Assembly (NCBI GenBank): GCA_045632845.1
Contig: JAZQXL010000020.1
Coordinates: 99,386-163,385, forward strand
Source: Alphaproteobacteria bacterium
Lineage (GTDB): Bacteria; Pseudomonadota; Alphaproteobacteria; CAAHEQ01; UBA3637
Direction of reading: 5' to 3'
DNA: 64,000 nucleotides
Part shown: piece by piece, positions 1-9,040 of the stretch
How positions within the stretch are numbered: position 1 is the first letter of the stretch
Layout of the letters: the number at the start of each line of letters is the position of its first letter
Position numbers and translations under genes: made by a program
The notes under the pieces: generated by a model
What the model was told of the DNA's origin: nothing
What the model saw: the letters and a program-made list of their open reading frames with translations, nothing else
Databases searched by the model: none

Positions 1-267
1 AGCACATGTGCCACCATTTTTTTGAGCTTCAGCAACAACATGCAATGCTAAAGTTGTTTTACCAGAGCTTTCAGGTCCATACACTTCAATAATACGACCT
101 TTTGGCAACCCTCCAATACCAAGTGCTAAATCCAAACCTAATGAACCAGTTGAAATTGCAGGAATTTCAACTGCATTATCTTTTTGACCCAAACGCATAA
201 TTGAGCCCTTACCAAATGCACGTTCAATTTGACTAAGAGCGGCTTCTAATGCTTTATCTTTTTCCAT
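1..267 (-). CDS. recA: Recombinase RecA, N-terminal part (gene continues beyond window start)
   Basis: Reverse-strand translation from ATG at 267 gives [28 protein letters not shown]...[13 protein letters not shown] (RecA N-terminus with Walker A). No stop before position 1. Confidence 0.85.
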   Translation of the reverse strand, partial: MEKDKALEAALSQIERAFGKGSIMRLGQKDNAVEIPAISTGSLGLDLALGIGGLPKGRIIEVYGPESSGKTTLALHVVAEAQKNGGTCA

Positions 268-412
268 AGCGGTTCTCCTTATGTTCTATTCTTGTTCTAA
301 TTCATTGTAACCAATTTAAAATAAAAAAACAATCTTTTTTATCATTCTTTTTATTTTTTTTATAACTTCCTCATAAATTTGAAAAATATTTACTATTTTA
401 TGTGTTTTTTTA

Positions 413-967
413 TTGATTTTTATTAAAAAAAAGAATAGATTTGCCAAATATTTTTTAAGGAATTTAGAAAAAATGCCTCTATTTGCTGAAACGATGATTG
501 CTTTTGATGTTCTGGTTGAAATAAATAAAAATCCAGAAAAATTCTCCTTTTCTTCTAGAAAGGGACGTCACAACTTATATGATTTAGCACTTACATTGTC
601 AGTTAAAAAAGTCAAAAGTCTCCGTGGAACATTTGATCAAGGGCGAATCCTTGGATTTTGCTTAGCGTCTGAATGGGATAAGAAAAACAAAGCTTTTGTA
701 TCCCAAGACAAAGACAAATCCATTCATGATTTATTATATTTAAATACTTTTGTATCAAAACAATCTCTTGCAAAAAGTCCAAACCTTAAAAAGCTTAAAA
801 ACATCGAATCTGCATTACTCAGCGGATTTAAACAAGGATATTTACTGGGCATATATTACACGAATCATAAAAAAAATGATTCAAAACCAAAAAAAATAAC
901 ACATCATCATACTCCTTTTCGTTATTTTAAGATTCCCGAACTTAAAAAACCTGCTTTTCAACGTTAA
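413..967 (+). CDS. Hypothetical protein (likely start at internal Met ~473, MPLFAETMIAF...)
   Basis: 184-aa ORF, Lys-rich, no recognisable motifs. Sits between recA and tRNA-Gly. Confidence 0.4.
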   Translation: MIFIKKKNRFAKYFLRNLEKMPLFAETMIAFDVLVEINKNPEKFSFSSRKGRHNLYDLALTLSVKKVKSLRGTFDQGRILGFCLASEWDKKNKAFVSQDKDKSIHDLLYLNTFVSKQSLAKSPNLKKLKNIESALLSGFKQGYLLGIYYTNHKKNDSKPKKITHHHTPFRYFKIPELKKPAFQR

Positions 968-1068
968 AAACACCAAAATTTTCAACAAATTATCATTTTT
1001 TTTGGTTTTTTATAAAAAAAAGGTTGCTTTTTGCAAAAAAATATGCGATAAATACATCTATCGCAAAT

Positions 1069-1143
1069 GCGGGCGTAGCTCAGGGGTAGAGCGCAACCTT
1101 GCCAAGGTTGATGTCGAGGGTTCGAATCCCTTCACCCGCTCCA
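1069..1143 (+). tRNA. tRNA-Gly (anticodon GCC)
   Basis: GCGGGCGTAGCTCAGGGGTAGAGCGCAACCTTGCCAAGGTTG...GGTTCGAATCCCTTCACCCGCTCCA. Cloverleaf elements present, anticodon loop CUUGCCAAG, encoded CCA. Confidence 0.9.
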
Positions 1144-1153
1144 ATAAAAAATC

Positions 1154-1178
1154 ACCGACCTAATGGTCGGTTTTTTTT
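1154..1178 (+). terminator. Rho-independent terminator after tRNA-Gly
   Basis: Hairpin accgacc-taatg-ggtcggt followed by T8. Confidence 0.6.
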
Positions 1179-1287
1179 ATGAGCGTGGCAAGAGGGTAAG
1201 AACCCGAGAAGAGGGTTTGTTCACAAAGTGGACGCCGAAATATTGAGGCGGTCCGAATAAAATGAGGACGAGGAATTTATTCCGAGC

Positions 1288-1339
1288 AATCCCTTCACCC
1301 GCTCCAATTTATAAACCGACCATCAGGTCGGTTTTTTTT
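1288..1339 (+). repeat. Direct repeat of tRNA-Gly 3' end (20 bp aatcccttcacccgctccaa) plus a second copy of the terminator hairpin
   Basis: 1288-1307 repeats 1124-1143 exactly. The hairpin accgacc-atca-ggtcggtTTTTTTT at 1315-1339 mirrors 1154-1178. Confidence 0.7.
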
Positions 1340-1740
1340 ATATCCACAGAAAGAAAAAATCAAAAGAATCTTAAAAGGAATTTATCCTAACGCCAAAAGA
1401 ATACAAACCCCTCGCCTTTTCATTCAAAATCATCTTTTTTACATAACTAAAATAACCCAGATACTTACATACCAAAAGACAGATTGAATTTTAGTCTTTA
1501 CATTTTTGATATTTAGATATAAAATTAAAGATGGACAAGGTGATGTCTTGTCTGAGGTGTGGAAACCTCTTTAACAGCGTCAGGGTGTAATGACGTAAAT
1601 TTTACACGCTTTCCAGTATGACTGGAAGGCGGTAAAATAAGTGTATATACACAAATATATCGCACTATTCTGTTAAGTAGTTTCCAACTTCCAGTCGCCT
1701 TCATCAGGCGATTTTATTCTATCTGAAAGGAAGGTATGAA

Positions 1741-2493
1741 ATGAAAAAGCTTTTATTATTGGGGACAATAACAGTCTGTTCATTCAGTGCATTCGCTCAA
1801 GAACCCTATTATTATCCGACACAAACACACCAACCAGTTTACATTTATCAACCAGTTGCTGTTCAACCAAATCAAATGTATTATGTGCAAGAACCAGTCA
1901 TTCCAACTGTCAAACACAAACGTATTCAATCAGATTTTTCCAAAAAGAATGATACAAAGGTTTATATCAGTGGAAAAATCAAACATGTCAGTATGGACGC
2001 TAATGTAAAAGATGATCCACTTCTAGATGTCAATAAAGACATTCTGGGTGGGGCAATAGCTTTAGGCGCATCAAACAAAACAGCTGTTGGAACATTTCGA
2101 ACAGAGATTGAATATAATAAAAATGCAACTGCTGAAAAAAGCTTTGATCTCTTAAATGAAAAAATAAAATTTGAAATTGAAACACAAGCTCTTATGCTCA
2201 ACACTTATTACAACTTTGAAACAAAAACAAAAATAAGCCCTTATATTGGTGCCGGTATTGGACTATCAAAAGTCAAAGCGACCCTAAAACTACCAGACTA
2301 TAACCTTTCAGACAGTATCAAAAAAACAAATTTTGCTTGGCAAGCAGGTCTTGGGATTTCTCTTAATCTAACCGACAATTTTGCCATTGATACAGGATAT
2401 CGTTATTTTGACTACGGGAACTTCAAAAAAGAGGGGGTGAAAATTGACACAACCGCTCATGAAATTTACACAGGTGCCCGCGTCTCGTTTTAA
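1741..2493 (+). CDS. Outer-membrane beta-barrel protein, Omp25/Omp31/Hbp (hemin-binding/OmpA-like porin) family
   Basis: Signal peptide MKKLLLLGTITVCSFSAFA. Alternating amphipathic beta strands. C-terminal ...YTGARVSF ends in the aromatic typical of OMPs. Size (~250 aa) and RYFDYG motif are typical of the Rhizobiales Omp25/Hbp family. Confidence 0.75.
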   Translation: MKKLLLLGTITVCSFSAFAQEPYYYPTQTHQPVYIYQPVAVQPNQMYYVQEPVIPTVKHKRIQSDFSKKNDTKVYISGKIKHVSMDANVKDDPLLDVNKDILGGAIALGASNKTAVGTFRTEIEYNKNATAEKSFDLLNEKIKFEIETQALMLNTYYNFETKTKISPYIGAGIGLSKVKATLKLPDYNLSDSIKKTNFAWQAGLGISLNLTDNFAIDTGYRYFDYGNFKKEGVKIDTTAHEIYTGARVSF

Positions 2494-2673
2494 AAAAGGG
2501 AGCCAGTGCTCCCTTTTATCATCTTTTCATATCCACAAGCTCACAAACTGTGTTTTTGAGCAATACACTTTTTTCACAAATCTAAAAACCATTTATCATT
2601 TTCTATTGAAAAAACACCCCCAAAAGATTATAATAACTCAAGGGTATATGATACATAACAAAAGGGGGGAAAG

Positions 2674-3735
2674 ATGACTGTTATAGAATTTAAAACTGAT
2701 CCAATTGCTAGTTTTTTTTCATTGTGGAGTTATGGGTTAACAGAACTCACAAACCCAACAACTGAGAGGAAAATAACTTTTTCTAAATTAATCAACTCAT
2801 ACCAAAGTCAATCCATTCCTAAACTACAAAAAACATTTCCCTCTTTTAAAGATAAATCAGACGAAGAAAAAAAAGACTATATAGAAAGTTTTAAACAAAT
2901 AACCCACAATGTTAACAACGCGTGTTACGATTCATCTGAAAAATTAATCAATGATATGGTGTCAATGTTTCACTTATCTGAAAGTGAAAAAGAAATTTTA
3001 ACAAACGCGTATTCATCATATCAAAAATTTTATGAACTTAATAAACCAAATATTATAAAAAGCAGATCCGCAATTACAAACACTTATAAAGAACAAGGTG
3101 TGTATGATTATTTAAAAAAAATGTATTCATTTTTTCAAATTAATGAATCGCAAAAAGCAAACGCCTACCTTCACCATTATCCCAACGTCTTAATGGATAC
3201 GGGAAAATATGAAGGAAACACCATCCATCAAAACATCTCACTCACAAAAAATGAAGATGAAAACAATTACTTAAAAAACAGCTGTATTCTAAACAGACGT
3301 ATGTTCACTCCTATTCACGAATTGGGGCATTTTTTATTTGAAAAATCAAATAGCGCACAAGATGTTTTAAAAAATAAAAATACCGCAGCACATCAAGTGT
3401 TTCAACAGTTAAAAAATTACTTTTCTTTGAAAAGTAATAAGCCAGAAACATATGCCTATGCATGTATCCATGAAGCATTTGCATCATCCTGCTCTTGTTT
3501 TTTTCAAGCACAAAAAAAACCAACATTTGATCCATTAAAAATGAAAAATCTAAACAGCAATTTTAAAGAAGCAGATGCATTAACCCGTATTTTTTACCCA
3601 ATCTATCAACAATTTTTAAAATCAAACAACACAATATCAGATGATTTTTTTAAACAGGTGCTAAACAACCCCGCTTTTCAACAAAATTTTAAACAGCCAC
3701 CAAAATTATCTGCAAAAAGTTCAGAACGTGATTAA
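2674..3735 (+). CDS. Hypothetical protein with HExxH zinc-metallopeptidase motif (HELGH)
   Basis: 353-aa ORF with RBS-like aaagggggga upstream. Motif IHELGHFLFE at ~aa 214. No signal peptide, no other recognisable domain. Confidence 0.6.
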   Translation: MTVIEFKTDPIASFFSLWSYGLTELTNPTTERKITFSKLINSYQSQSIPKLQKTFPSFKDKSDEEKKDYIESFKQITHNVNNACYDSSEKLINDMVSMFHLSESEKEILTNAYSSYQKFYELNKPNIIKSRSAITNTYKEQGVYDYLKKMYSFFQINESQKANAYLHHYPNVLMDTGKYEGNTIHQNISLTKNEDENNYLKNSCILNRRMFTPIHELGHFLFEKSNSAQDVLKNKNTAAHQVFQQLKNYFSLKSNKPETYAYACIHEAFASSCSCFFQAQKKPTFDPLKMKNLNSNFKEADALTRIFYPIYQQFLKSNNTISDDFFKQVLNNPAFQQNFKQPPKLSAKSSERD

Positions 3736-3763
3736 AAAAATAAAATCAATTTTAAAGTGATTT

Positions 3764-4420
3764 TTAAACCACTTTATTCTCTTGTTTTTCACAGGATAAT
3801 AAAACATTTTTTAATCCAACCAAAGAGGAAACAGCCATATCTGGTTTGACGGTTTCAAACTCAGGCGTGTTTGGGTCAGTCCACACCAAAATGCCTTTTC
3901 CATTTTGATAGTTATGACCCATAGAGATATCCGCTTTCCCATCCCCAATGGAATAAATTTCATCTGGAATATAGCCTTTGATTGCCGCGTCTGTAAATTC
4001 TTTAGATGGTTTATCATTTTCAAAATCTTCAGCACCAACAATTTTTTCAAAATATTGTGTCAAACCCAAAGTTTCAACTTCATTGCGCAAAATGGAACCC
4101 GCTTTGTTACTTGCCAAAATATTGATAAAACCATTATTTTTGGACCATTCAACAATTTCTTTTGCCCCTGCTTTCAATTTAATTTCAGAAGCGCTTTTTG
4201 CATAAGCATCCAAAAAGATTTTGCGAGCTTCAACAGCATTATCTGATCCAACCAAATGAACAATTAAATTGCGCCCACTTGTATTCATGGCAATTTTTGC
4301 TTCTGATTCCGTCCAAGGAGCTAAATTATAAGCCTCTCGCATCACATTTTGCGCTTTTAAAATTGCGCCAAATGTGTCAACCAATGTATTATCCCAGTCC
4401 CACAAAATAATCTTTGTCAT
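3764..4420 (-). CDS. HAD-superfamily hydrolase (phosphatase)
   Basis: N-terminal ILWDWDNTLVDT (DxDxT motif I). C-terminal IGDGKADI (motif IV-like). Confidence 0.75.
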   Translation of the reverse strand: MTKIILWDWDNTLVDTFGAILKAQNVMREAYNLAPWTESEAKIAMNTSGRNLIVHLVGSDNAVEARKIFLDAYAKSASEIKLKAGAKEIVEWSKNNGFINILASNKAGSILRNEVETLGLTQYFEKIVGAEDFENDKPSKEFTDAAIKGYIPDEIYSIGDGKADISMGHNYQNGKGILVWTDPNTPEFETVKPDMAVSSLVGLKNVLLSCEKQENKVV

Positions 4421-4460
4421 AAAAACTCCTTTTAAATTGAAACATCTTTTTATAGCACAA

Positions 4461-4486
4461 AAAAAAGCACTTTGAAAGTGCTTTTA
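4461..4486 (-). terminator. Rho-independent terminator downstream of rpsT
   Basis: Palindrome aaaagcactttgaaagtgctttt. Confidence 0.55.
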
Positions 4487-4512
4487 ATTCTGTGTGGCAA
4501 ACATGTAAAAAC

Positions 4513-4773
4513 TTACATACCTTTTACAGCTGCAGCTAAACGAGAAATTTTACGAGAAGCTGTTTTTTTATGAACTGTATTTCTAACACCAGCACGAGCC
4601 CAAGCTGATTCAGCTAATTTGAAAGCTGCTTGAGCAGCTTCTTTATCCCCAGCCAAGATAGCAGCACGAACTTTTTTTGTAGCTGTTCTAACTGAGTTTA
4701 AACGATCAGCATTAACTCTTTCTTTTTTAGTGTTACGTCTTACACGTGTTTTTGCCGATTTGATATTGGCCAT
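4513..4773 (-). CDS. rpsT: 30S ribosomal protein S20
   Basis: MANIKSAKTRVRRN...AAQAAFKLAESAWARAGV. Start taken at the second Met, matching the canonical S20 N-terminus. Confidence 0.9.
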   Translation of the reverse strand: MANIKSAKTRVRRNTKKERVNADRLNSVRTATKKVRAAILAGDKEAAQAAFKLAESAWARAGVRNTVHKKTASRKISRLAAAVKGM

Positions 4774-4883
4774 ATTTATATTCCTCAATTGAAAAATTTT
4801 AAAATTAGGGTTACTTTATACACCAAATAAAATGAAAAGTCAAGTCATTTTATCAACTTTTGCCTCAAAAATCCGTGAGTTAT

Positions 4884-5252
4884 CTATTGCCCGTTGGTCA
4901 AAAAAATATCAAAGCGAACTTTTGATGGTTTTTTATTCTTTAAAATAATAATATTAAGTGTATCTGATTGTCTTAAAAAAGAACCTTTTTCCACATTTTT
5001 CCACCCCATTTGTGGCAAAACAGATCCATAAAAAGCAATCACCTCATCCCCTGTTTTTGTTTTTGAAACACCTTCCAATGTCAAAACTTGACCTGTTGGT
5101 GTGTCAAAATCCATCTGATTAGATGGACTAATTTTTAATCCTTGCATTAAAGGAATATCACTTGTTTTCGTCAAAAAAGAATCTGCCGCATAACTTGTTG
5201 ATACACACAACAAACAAAAATACAAACAGAAAATCTTTTTAACAAACGACAT
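4884..5252 (-). CDS. Hypothetical secreted protein/lipoprotein
   Basis: Signal peptide MSFVKKIFCLYFCLLCVSTSYA. 122 aa, no known motifs. Immediately downstream of the Sel1 gene on the same strand. Confidence 0.5.
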   Translation of the reverse strand: MSFVKKIFCLYFCLLCVSTSYAADSFLTKTSDIPLMQGLKISPSNQMDFDTPTGQVLTLEGVSKTKTGDEVIAFYGSVLPQMGWKNVEKGSFLRQSDTLNIIILKNKKPSKVRFDIFLTNGQ

Positions 5253-5257
5253 AAAAA

Positions 5258-5974
5258 TTACATCCGATCTTTTTCAGAAAAATAAGATGAACCAGTTGGT
5301 TTTTTATATTTATAAGGTGACTTTGGTTCCTTTTTAGATTTATCTGTTAAAAACTCAGATTCTGGAACTTTGATTTCTGGTGCAACAAATTTAATACCTA
5401 ACATATCATCTATTTCTTTATTAATTTTTTCAAGTTCTGCTTTTTTATTATCCAATTCTTGAGTCAAAACCATTAAACTGTCTGTTTTTTTCTGTGTCAA
5501 AACAGGTAAAATTTCTTGAATAGATTTTGTTGCCATATCAATATCTGTTGTTGATAAAAGCTGTTCCAATGTCAAAGCCATTTGCTCTGCTTTTTTATGA
5601 CCGTGCAAGGCAGCCAAAAACGCCCATTTATATGAAGCCAAATCATTTTGAGGAAAAACAATTCCTTTATTATACATTTGTGCCAAACGATATTGAGCAT
5701 CAATATGACCTTGTAATGCCGCCGACAAGAAACAATAAGCAGCATTATTTTTTTCTTTTCCCTTTTCTAACAAAAAGGATTCACCATAGTCATACAATTC
5801 ATCTGGTGTTGGCAAGAAAACACCCCCTCGGGTTTCATCAAATTGACCATCACACTGCAAAGGAATATCTAACTGGCCATCATTGGCATCAAAAGACCAA
5901 AAAGCTGTTTGTGCTTTTAAATTCAAAGAAATTGATAAACAACATATCAAAAAAGTTAATTTTAAAAGTTTCAT
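5258..5974 (-). CDS. Sel1-repeat (TPR-like) secreted protein with C-terminal coiled coil
   Basis: Signal peptide MKLLKLTFLICCLSISLNLKA. Sel1-like repeats (AAYCFLSAALQGHIDAQYRLAQMYNKG..., SYKWAFLAALHGHKKAEQ). Charged coiled-coil tail. Confidence 0.65.
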   Translation of the reverse strand: MKLLKLTFLICCLSISLNLKAQTAFWSFDANDGQLDIPLQCDGQFDETRGGVFLPTPDELYDYGESFLLEKGKEKNNAAYCFLSAALQGHIDAQYRLAQMYNKGIVFPQNDLASYKWAFLAALHGHKKAEQMALTLEQLLSTTDIDMATKSIQEILPVLTQKKTDSLMVLTQELDNKKAELEKINKEIDDMLGIKFVAPEIKVPESEFLTDKSKKEPKSPYKYKKPTGSSYFSEKDRM

Positions 5975-6072
5975 TGAGCATCCTTTTTTTTAATCTCTAA
6001 GAAAAGGATAATTTTTTTTTCTGCATATAGCAAGCTAAAAATCATCTTTCAGCAAAAAAGTATCTGTTTTTC

Positions 6073-7953
6073 TTAAATTTTCCACCAAGTTAATACATTC
6101 GCACCCTTTAATGGAACTGTTGTTGGCATTCCTATTGTATTTTGAAACATATATCTATGAGCAGGTGTATACCAATGCGGAATAACAATATGTTCATTTA
6201 ACAATACACGATCAAGCGCATGCACAGCCGTTATCAATTCTTCTTTTGAAGAAGACTGAATAACCAATTCAACCAAAGCATCAATTACTGGATTTTTAAG
6301 ACCACTATAATTCATTGATCCTTGGCTGTCCGCAGCAGAAGATGTCCAAAAATATCTTTGCTCATTCCCTGGAGAAAGTGATTGTCCCCAAACACTGACA
6401 ATCATATCATATTCAAACGAATCAAGCCGATTTTTATATTGCAACAAATCAACTGTTCGAATATGCGCTTTGATACCAAGACGCATCAATTTTCCAACAA
6501 AAGGCAGCGTAATGCGCTCCCATGCCGCTGCTGATGCAGTATCAATCAAAATCTCAAATTCAAATTCTTCCCCTTCTTTTTCCAAAAAGCCTTTTTCATT
6601 CACATTCCACCCTGAGGCTTTTAATAAATCCATCGCTTTATACAACCGTTCACGCACATCTGCTGATTCTTGTTGATATAAAGGCTCAAAAACAGTTTCA
6701 TCTAATTGATTCTTAAAAGGCTCTAATAATTTCAATTCATTTTCATCAGGTAACGTAGGCGCTTTTAAATATGAATTATCAAAAAAGCTGGTTGTTCTTG
6801 AATATAATCCATGAAAAAGATTATAATTCATCCAGTCAAAATCAAATGCCAAAGAAAGTGCTTTTCGAACATTCTTATCTTGAAACAATGGTTTTCTTAA
6901 ATTAAACACATACCCTTGCATACCACTTGGTAAATGATATTCAAAACTTCTTAATTTTATACGTCCATTTAAAACGTTTTTTTCATGCTGAAAATTCGCC
7001 CATTTTTTGGCTTCATTTTCAAGACGAACATCAAACTCTCCTGCTTTAAAAGCTTCTAAAGCAACCGTTGTATCTCGATAATAATCAAAATGGAACTTAT
7101 CAAAATGATAAAAACCTTTATTCACATTTAAATTTTTTGCCCAATATTTTTCATTTTTTTGATACGTAATAGAACGCCCCGCTGTAAAACCACTAATAAC
7201 ATATGGACCACTTGAAACTGGAACTTCTAATGTTGTTTTATCAAAATCTTGTTTACTCCACCAAGCAGATGACAAAACAGGTAACTCACCCAAAATAAAA
7301 GGAAGCTCTCTATTTTCTACATTTTCATAAAAATAAAAAGCAATTGTTTGTTCATCTTTAACCTCAACTTTTTCAACATCTCGATAATAATAACGATATG
7401 TGGGAGCCCCTTTTTCTTTCAACGTTTCAAAAGAAAACAAAACATCATTTGCTGTGATTTTTGAACCATCATTAAATGTTGCATTGGGATTGATATGAAA
7501 AACAACACCTTTTTTGTTTGGTAAAATATAAATGCCATCAGCAATTAATCCATACAATGAAAAAGCCTCATCTGAACTTTGTTTCATCAATGTATCATGA
7601 GTCAAACCAATCCCTGCTGGTGAAACACCATTAATTGAAAAAGGATTAAAAGAATCAAAAGAACCAAAAGAAGCCTGTTTAAGGGTTCCGCCGTTTGGAG
7701 CAGAAATATTCACATAATCAAAAGACACAAATCCCTCTTTATACTTGGGTTCACCATACATTGAAACAGCAGATTTAAAATCATATTCTTTCCCTTGCAC
7801 CATAAAAGAGAAAAAAACAAAACTCAAAGCGACAAATATTTTAACTAAAGACAACAAGTAACAAATCCTTTTAATAAAGATAAACAATTGTTTCGTTTTT
7901 GTTAAAAACAGATAAAACACTAGACTTTTTAAAGTATAATCAGTATAATACAA
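6073..7953 (-). CDS. ABC transporter periplasmic substrate-binding protein, family 5 (oligopeptide/YejA-like). True start probably downstream of the annotated ATG.
   Basis: ~600-aa SBP_bac_5-like sequence (FDYVNISAPNGGTLK..., YQKNEKYWAK..., WTSSAAD...). Hydrophobic signal-like segment KIFVALSFVFFSF about 40 aa into the ORF, so the N-terminus is uncertain. Confidence 0.75.
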   Translation of the reverse strand: MYYTDYTLKSLVFYLFLTKTKQLFIFIKRICYLLSLVKIFVALSFVFFSFMVQGKEYDFKSAVSMYGEPKYKEGFVSFDYVNISAPNGGTLKQASFGSFDSFNPFSINGVSPAGIGLTHDTLMKQSSDEAFSLYGLIADGIYILPNKKGVVFHINPNATFNDGSKITANDVLFSFETLKEKGAPTYRYYYRDVEKVEVKDEQTIAFYFYENVENRELPFILGELPVLSSAWWSKQDFDKTTLEVPVSSGPYVISGFTAGRSITYQKNEKYWAKNLNVNKGFYHFDKFHFDYYRDTTVALEAFKAGEFDVRLENEAKKWANFQHEKNVLNGRIKLRSFEYHLPSGMQGYVFNLRKPLFQDKNVRKALSLAFDFDWMNYNLFHGLYSRTTSFFDNSYLKAPTLPDENELKLLEPFKNQLDETVFEPLYQQESADVRERLYKAMDLLKASGWNVNEKGFLEKEGEEFEFEILIDTASAAAWERITLPFVGKLMRLGIKAHIRTVDLLQYKNRLDSFEYDMIVSVWGQSLSPGNEQRYFWTSSAADSQGSMNYSGLKNPVIDALVELVIQSSSKEELITAVHALDRVLLNEHIVIPHWYTPAHRYMFQNTIGMPTTVPLKGANVLTWWKI

Positions 7954-7980
7954 AAAATCAAATTATTAAAGGATAAAAAA

Positions 7981-8934
7981 ATGCAATATTTAGATTTTGA
8001 ACAACAAATACTTGAAATCGACACACGGTTGGCCGATGTGAACGCTGATGTGACACGTTCCAAGGATGAAAAAAAGGAAGAAACAGCTCGCTTGAACAAA
8101 AAAAGAGAAAAAGCACTTGAATCCATTTATTCAAATCTCACACCTTGGCAAAAATCAGCGGTTGCTCGTCATGAAAACAGACCACATACATCTGACTATA
8201 TCAACAGCATTTTTCAAAATTTTTCAATCCTTTCAGGGGACAGATCTTTTGCAGATGATAAAGCCATTATCGGTGGTTTTGCTGATTTTGAAGGTCAAAC
8301 TGTTATGGTTATTGGTCACGAAAAAGGACATGACACAGAAAGCAGACTTGCTCATAACTTTGGCATGGCAAAACCTGAAGGTTACAGAAAAGCCATTCGT
8401 TTAATGAAGCTTGCAGAGCAATTTAACGTTCCCGTTATCACTTTAGTTGATACGGCTGGTGCTTTCCCAGGAATGGAAGGGGAAGAACGTGGACAAGGAC
8501 AAGCTATTGCTGCATCCACAGAAGCTTGTTTAGATTTAAAAGTACCATTGATTTGCTGTATCATCGGTGAAGGTGGATCTGGCGGTGCAATTGCACTTGC
8601 TTCTGGTAACAAAATTTTAATGTTAGAAAATTCCATTTATTCTGTTATTTCTCCAGAAGGCTGTGCCTCCATTTTGTGGAAAGATGCAAAAATGGCACCA
8701 AAAGCTGCTGAAATTTTAAATTTAACAGCTTCAGACTTACTCCGTTTGGGAATTATTGATGAAATTATTCCTGAACCTATTGGCGGTGCACATCGTTATC
8801 CAAATGAAGCAATGGGAGCATTAGCAAGTGCAATCAAAAAACATTTAGATACACTTAAACAAAACACACCAGATGAATTAAAAGCAATGCGTCATGACAA
8901 ATTCTATGCTATGACACGTCTGAGTGAAGAATAA
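7981..8934 (+). CDS. accA: Acetyl-CoA carboxylase carboxyltransferase subunit alpha
   Basis: MQYLDFEQQILEIDTRL..., FGMAKPEGYRKA, GEGGSGGA motifs characteristic of AccA. Confidence 0.9.
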   Translation: MQYLDFEQQILEIDTRLADVNADVTRSKDEKKEETARLNKKREKALESIYSNLTPWQKSAVARHENRPHTSDYINSIFQNFSILSGDRSFADDKAIIGGFADFEGQTVMVIGHEKGHDTESRLAHNFGMAKPEGYRKAIRLMKLAEQFNVPVITLVDTAGAFPGMEGEERGQGQAIAASTEACLDLKVPLICCIIGEGGSGGAIALASGNKILMLENSIYSVISPEGCASILWKDAKMAPKAAEILNLTASDLLRLGIIDEIIPEPIGGAHRYPNEAMGALASAIKKHLDTLKQNTPDELKAMRHDKFYAMTRLSEE

Positions 8935-8952
8935 TTTTGTTTTTTATAAACC

Positions 8953-8987
8953 AAAAGGGTTATCAAGAATGATAACCCCTTTTTTGT
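8953..8987 (+). terminator. Terminator after accA
   Basis: aaaagggttatcaagaatgataacccctttttt hairpin followed by T-run. Confidence 0.55.
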
Positions 8988-9000
8988 ATACTCTTAATAA

Positions 9001-9027
9001 AAAAGGTGGTAAACACCACCTTTTTTA
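9001..9027 (-). terminator. Terminator after pnp (bidirectional hairpin)
   Basis: aaaaggtggtaaacaccaccttttttag. Confidence 0.55.
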
Positions 9028-9040
9028 GCTTTAATATCTT

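Noticed and set aside
1787-2204. ORFs 1787-2008 (+) and 1962-2204 (-) overlapping the Omp25/Hbp-like gene
   Set aside because: Alternative-frame or antisense to a gene with clear signal peptide and beta-barrel features. No RBS or motifs.
5527-6000. 157-aa + strand ORF antisense to the Sel1-repeat gene
   Set aside because: Fully contained within the opposite-strand gene. His/Lys-rich nonsense-like composition.
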